From: Callorhinchus milii
Taxonomy: Eukaryota
Assembly: GCF_018977255.1 (NCBI RefSeq)
Contig: NW_024704744.1
Span: forward strand, 67,890,001-67,954,000
Length of the DNA: 64,000 nucleotides
Reading direction: 5' to 3'
Below the pieces are notes generated by a model. The model saw only the letters and a list, made by a program, of their open reading frames with translations. It made no database searches and was not told where the DNA came from. Positions 59,983-64,000 of the stretch are shown here, in pieces (within the stretch, counting starts at the first letter, position 1; every line of letters starts with the position of its first letter). The translations under genes were made by a program, and so were the position numbers.

Positions 59983-62900
59983 GTAACAGATTGAAATAAG
60001 GATCTAAAGTAACAAGTTTGTATCTTAATAATTACTCACAGTGAGGTTAAGCACTTGTAGCTTTGAAAAGATGTTAGAGGTTTGAATTTGGAAGGGTTTT
60101 TTTTCAGTATTTATTTGGTTTAAAAAGTCTTCCTTAAGGCACTCATACACGGACACAGTAGGCAGCTTATGCCGTAGGCTGAGAGAACTGATTTGGAATC
60201 CGCTTTGTACTGTGTTCTCTTCCCCCAGCCCTGCAGAAGGGACGGGGAATTGTTCTATCTCTAGTTTCCACTTCAGTATCCCTATTAGCTCTACATAGAG
60301 CAACATTGGCAATGTGGAGCTATCTACAGTCACTCAACCACCATCATTTTTAACTGAAATCATGGTCCATGATCTGGTGGGGTCAAAGGGAAGATAATTG
60401 GGTGATGCACATATGAAAATGTTTGTAAAGTAATGGTATTCAGTATTTTCTTTTAATGTTTCTTTTGCTATTGAATTCAGGTGAGTAACAAAAGTGGACT
60501 GAAACTATGACTGAAAGTATAGTGAGAAAGTATGAGAAAACAGACCTAAAAAATAGTTTAATGTTCAAATATAACAAAAAAATTGTTTGGAATGGGACTC
60601 ATGGGACTTGTTGTTTGGAATGGGATGCGTAACATTTTAGATATTTAAGTTTCAGCTCTCCTCCACATACAATTGTTTATCTCAGTGCTATAAAATTTTG
60701 ATGGGTGAGAATTTAAACTGTTATTGTAACACTGTGTATGGCTTCTTTCTGTGTTATGTGTTTACATCTTTCATTCAGCTTCATTCCTTTTTCTCCTGCC
60801 ACCTGCAATATTCCAATCCTGTATTTTACACCACTAAGATCTCATTATGTGCTGCTTATTCTGCTTATGAGATACATTACCAAGATGAGTTAAAACATAT
60901 ATACAGTAGTAAGATCACATGCTTGGAAAGATTTCACCTGGGACTGATTATGTGTCTCAGTTCAATTTTTTTTTAGTTGATTACATATTAATTTGCATGT
61001 AAAGGCAAAATGACATTCAAAGAATATAGAAAACCATAATCAAAGATTGAAGTCCCGTTTTGAAACTATTCATATTCTAAGATATATAGACCTTTGTTTA
61101 CCTTGTGAATATGTTCAAAAATCTTTCTTGCTTTGCTTTGCAAAGTTTAATGCCACACTAATACCACATTTGCGTGACGATCAATGGTTGAATTGGTGTC
61201 CCGATGGTAGAATAGAATCCCACGTTAAAGAAAGGGCAGAAAATGCATTGAAGAGGATTCACAGACTCTACATTGAAATGAAATATTTCAGCTTCTACCT
61301 TGGAAATTCAATTAACTGGGAAAAACATTTACTTGAAAAGCAACTCATTTACCTTGTGAATTGTCAGGAAACTTGCAGGCAGACAGCTACTGCAAGCTAA
61401 GGAAACCATCAGGTTCAAATAACAAAGGGTGAAAAGGAATTTAGGTTTTCAAAATTATTTGAAAGATCAAAATGATTCGACGAGATGCTTTTTTTTAAAA
61501 AAAAGTATAGTAGCTGTAGGAAAAAAGTAGTCGCTGGTTACACACAGTTGTTTGTAAATTTCTATCCCAATTAACTCTTGAGGATTTGGTATTTTATGAA
61601 ATACAAGTTAAATTGTATTAATTATGTAAATAGTATCCAGTTTGAGAGGCGAGTAACAAAGCGGTTGCTACCCACTGCTATCTACCTGTGTGCTGCAAAT
61701 CATAAAAGGATTTGTTCAGCTATTTCCTCCTCCAAAATACAGTCAATCCACTTCACAGTATATTCTGCGAAGCACTTTGAGACGTCTCGATGATGTGATA
61801 AAGCGATATATCAAAGGCAAGTATTATTTGTAGCTTGCAATACAGAATAGTTACTTGAAGCTCAATTTAGGCTCTCAAAAGGACATGCCACCACTGTACA
61901 AAGTTCATGATGACTCTTGTTAAGGGACGCCATTTAGTCCAGGCTACTGTAAGACATTGCAAGCTGCACATTTAGCATTACCAGGTTGTTCAGGCAATAA
62001 TTAATCAATTATTTTGCTATAAAACAACACAATCTGCCCCTGGCATTCGGCGTTTTGCTTCTCAATGAAATGACAACATGCAATTTCATACTGTTTACAC
62101 AGCCCATGGAAAACAGCTACTAATGTGAAAAGCTTTATTCAGTTGAACTAAAACATCATGATAAGAAATTTGCATAATGAAAATGTTTATATAATCTTAT
62201 TTTGAGGTCAACTTGGAAAGTTTCTTTTTAACCTAAATGGGGCAGAAATGCTCATGCAAATAGATCGCAGCTGGAGAGGAAAGGAGCAAAACATGATTGT
62301 TTTCATGTCTGAGCAAAATGAATATTCCAAAGTTGTAAATGTTTGCTTTGTAAATTATTTTTCGTTTTTTAAATATATTAGAAAACGTCAATTGCCCAAC
62401 ATGGGGTCAGATACTTTATTCTGAGACTAGAATCTTATACATCACTAACTAATAGTCACAAGCAGAACTCCCACATTATGTCATGAGGCCCAAAGAGAGG
62501 AGATTCTGAGATGTACAACATACCCAGAGGGATGAGGAAACAAATTTGCTTGTATTTTTAATTTGCTTCTGATTTTTTTATTTGAACTATGTTGCACCAA
62601 AACAATGTTGCAGTGATACTGTGCTTTTTGCACGTTCGCTGTATTGGGAACAGCAAATTCTAGTTAAGTTGTAAAAACCAGCTCAGTGGAACTACCTAAA
62701 GCATAATGCTGCAGAAAGTCATTCATAGTGTTGTAAACTTAAATACAACAAAGCAAGCCAGGCTCAGAAAGATGCAACGCTCATCAAAGAGCAGTTCATG
62801 AGCAAACTTTTCTTGAGGTGGGGCTTCCACGAGTTGCTGTGATGTACTGCCAGGAACTGGCAAGCATTCGCAGTCAGTGATGAATCCCCGTTGCAAACAA

Positions 62901-63867
62901 ATGCATTTTTGACCCTATTATTCCTGCTTTTAAGGTTTTTAAACCAGCAAATGGACTCAATAAAAAACATGTTTTGTGGAGTATATAATCTGTCTAACTG
63001 TAGCTGAAAGTTGCTTGTAATATCATGAGAATAGCATTAGAATGACTGTTCCAATTAAATAGTAGATGTATTATCTCTTCTGTTTGGAGTTCTTAGTGAC
63101 CCACTACCCACTACAATTGGAGGAGCCCTATCTTCAGTGAATAAAGATTCTCAGTTTTAGGCAGGACTTATAATTGAAAATCACTACAATTTCTCAGGCT
63201 TGGTCCATAACATCAATTTGACGTTTGATCAAAGTTTCTATGTGGCAAAAATTGTTTGTACACAAGTGCACACAGGCATGTTTTTTTTACAGGGTTTTGC
63301 CAAATGGATTTTTTTAAGATGGTTGCAAAGCTATTTAAATTGAGTGAATACTGTTTGTAAGGTGACTTGCCATAATTCTAATAAGTGATTTTATTTCCTG
63401 TAGAAAATGTATTCTGTTGTTTAGTGGACGTGTAGTGGCCTTTTTTGGGTTGAAGTTACATTGCAGTGACAGGGTTTCGTTTTTTTTTTATGGACCCGTT
63501 TGCTTATTCATTGATATTGTATACCTTTCAGGCTAAAAGAATTATGAACAACAGGTAGATTTTAATTTTCCCATGAACTTTGTCTTCATAATTATTCCTA
63601 TCAAAATTTTAATTCACTGCAATTTATTCATGATTGTCATAGCATTTTTAACTTTGCACCAGAAATTGTTCATATCTGATCTTAGTTATAACATTAGATT
63701 TACATTCATAATTTTTCCATCATAAATTTCTTTAATACAGCTTATTCATGGCCTTGGTACTATTTTTAACTCAGGCGCAGCTGGATTTGTTTTGCAGTTT
63801 AATGCTGTTGACAGCAAAGCATTAGTTCACCTTTTTAACCAGGTAATTCTGATGCTTTCTTTTGAAG

Positions 63868-64000
63868 CTTGCCGAGCATTAGGCCACTGCTGGATGTCAA
63901 TTATTTGCCACTGACTGACATGCGAATAGCTCGCACCTTCTGTTTCACCAACAATGGTCAGGCTCTGTATCTAGTATCCCCTACTGAGATCCAACGTATA
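63868..64000 (+). CDS. STXBP5: STXBP5 coding exon, truncated by the window end
   Basis: ttttgaag|C TTG CCG; SLPSIRPLLDVNYLPLTDMRIARTFCFTNNGQALYLVSPTEIQRI; phase 2 start. Confidence 0.95.

Larger units (their letters stand above)
1..64000 (+). other. STXBP5: Internal part of the STXBP5 (tomosyn-1) gene; both ends lie outside the window
   Basis: 18 spliced exons give a continuous reading frame matching remembered vertebrate tomosyn-1. The segments GSTSPCNSEDEQK, VRTKTRKFSK and AKMSRKLSLPTELKPDL are STXBP5-type rather than STXBP5L-type. Confidence 0.95.

Noticed and set aside
59205-60630. Short tandem duplications (gatgtaaatgta; ttgtttggaatggga; also 19851 and 24699)
   Set aside because: Ordinary replication-slippage duplications of 10-15 bp
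63825-63867. Stronger-looking CAG acceptor 25 nt upstream of the AAG acceptor used by the last exon
   Set aside because: It lies only a few nt after the likely branch point (tttaac) and so is probably too close to be used; protein homology fixes the AAG site
1-64000. Remaining 60-150 aa ORFs in the six-frame track; CRISPR arrays or prokaryotic defence systems
   Set aside because: The ORFs are exon read-throughs, LINE/SINE translations or chance frames in intronic DNA. There is no regularly spaced repeat-spacer array or operon structure, and the DNA is vertebrate.

Overview
Eukaryotic, AT-rich vertebrate genomic DNA. The repeat content (CR1, L2, tRNA-headed Deu-type SINEs, Penelope-associated tail repeat) points to a cartilaginous fish, though the taxon is an inference. 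The whole window lies inside one + strand gene, STXBP5 (tomosyn-1). I traced 18 GT-AG coding exons with consistent phases, from AIHSVAWHHEG (WD40 propeller) to the start of the LPSIRPLLDV exon. These include the three cassettes that define mammalian b/m/s-tomosyn-1. The best new observation is an extra 84-nt frame-preserving exon (38094-38177), missed by the ORF track. It aligns without gaps to the cassette I recall as specific to the paralog STXBP5L (xb-tomosyn-2), suggesting an ancestral exon that predates the STXBP5/STXBP5L duplication. The introns also hold further candidate cassette exons, a non-autonomous Helitron, a foldback element with perfect 32-bp arms, a modular SINE family sharing an L2-type tail, decayed hammerhead-ribozyme motifs and a recursive-splice-site motif. 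There are no prokaryotic systems or CRISPR arrays, and most ORF-track entries are noise or LINE debris. All homology statements rest on remembered reference sequences, not on searches.
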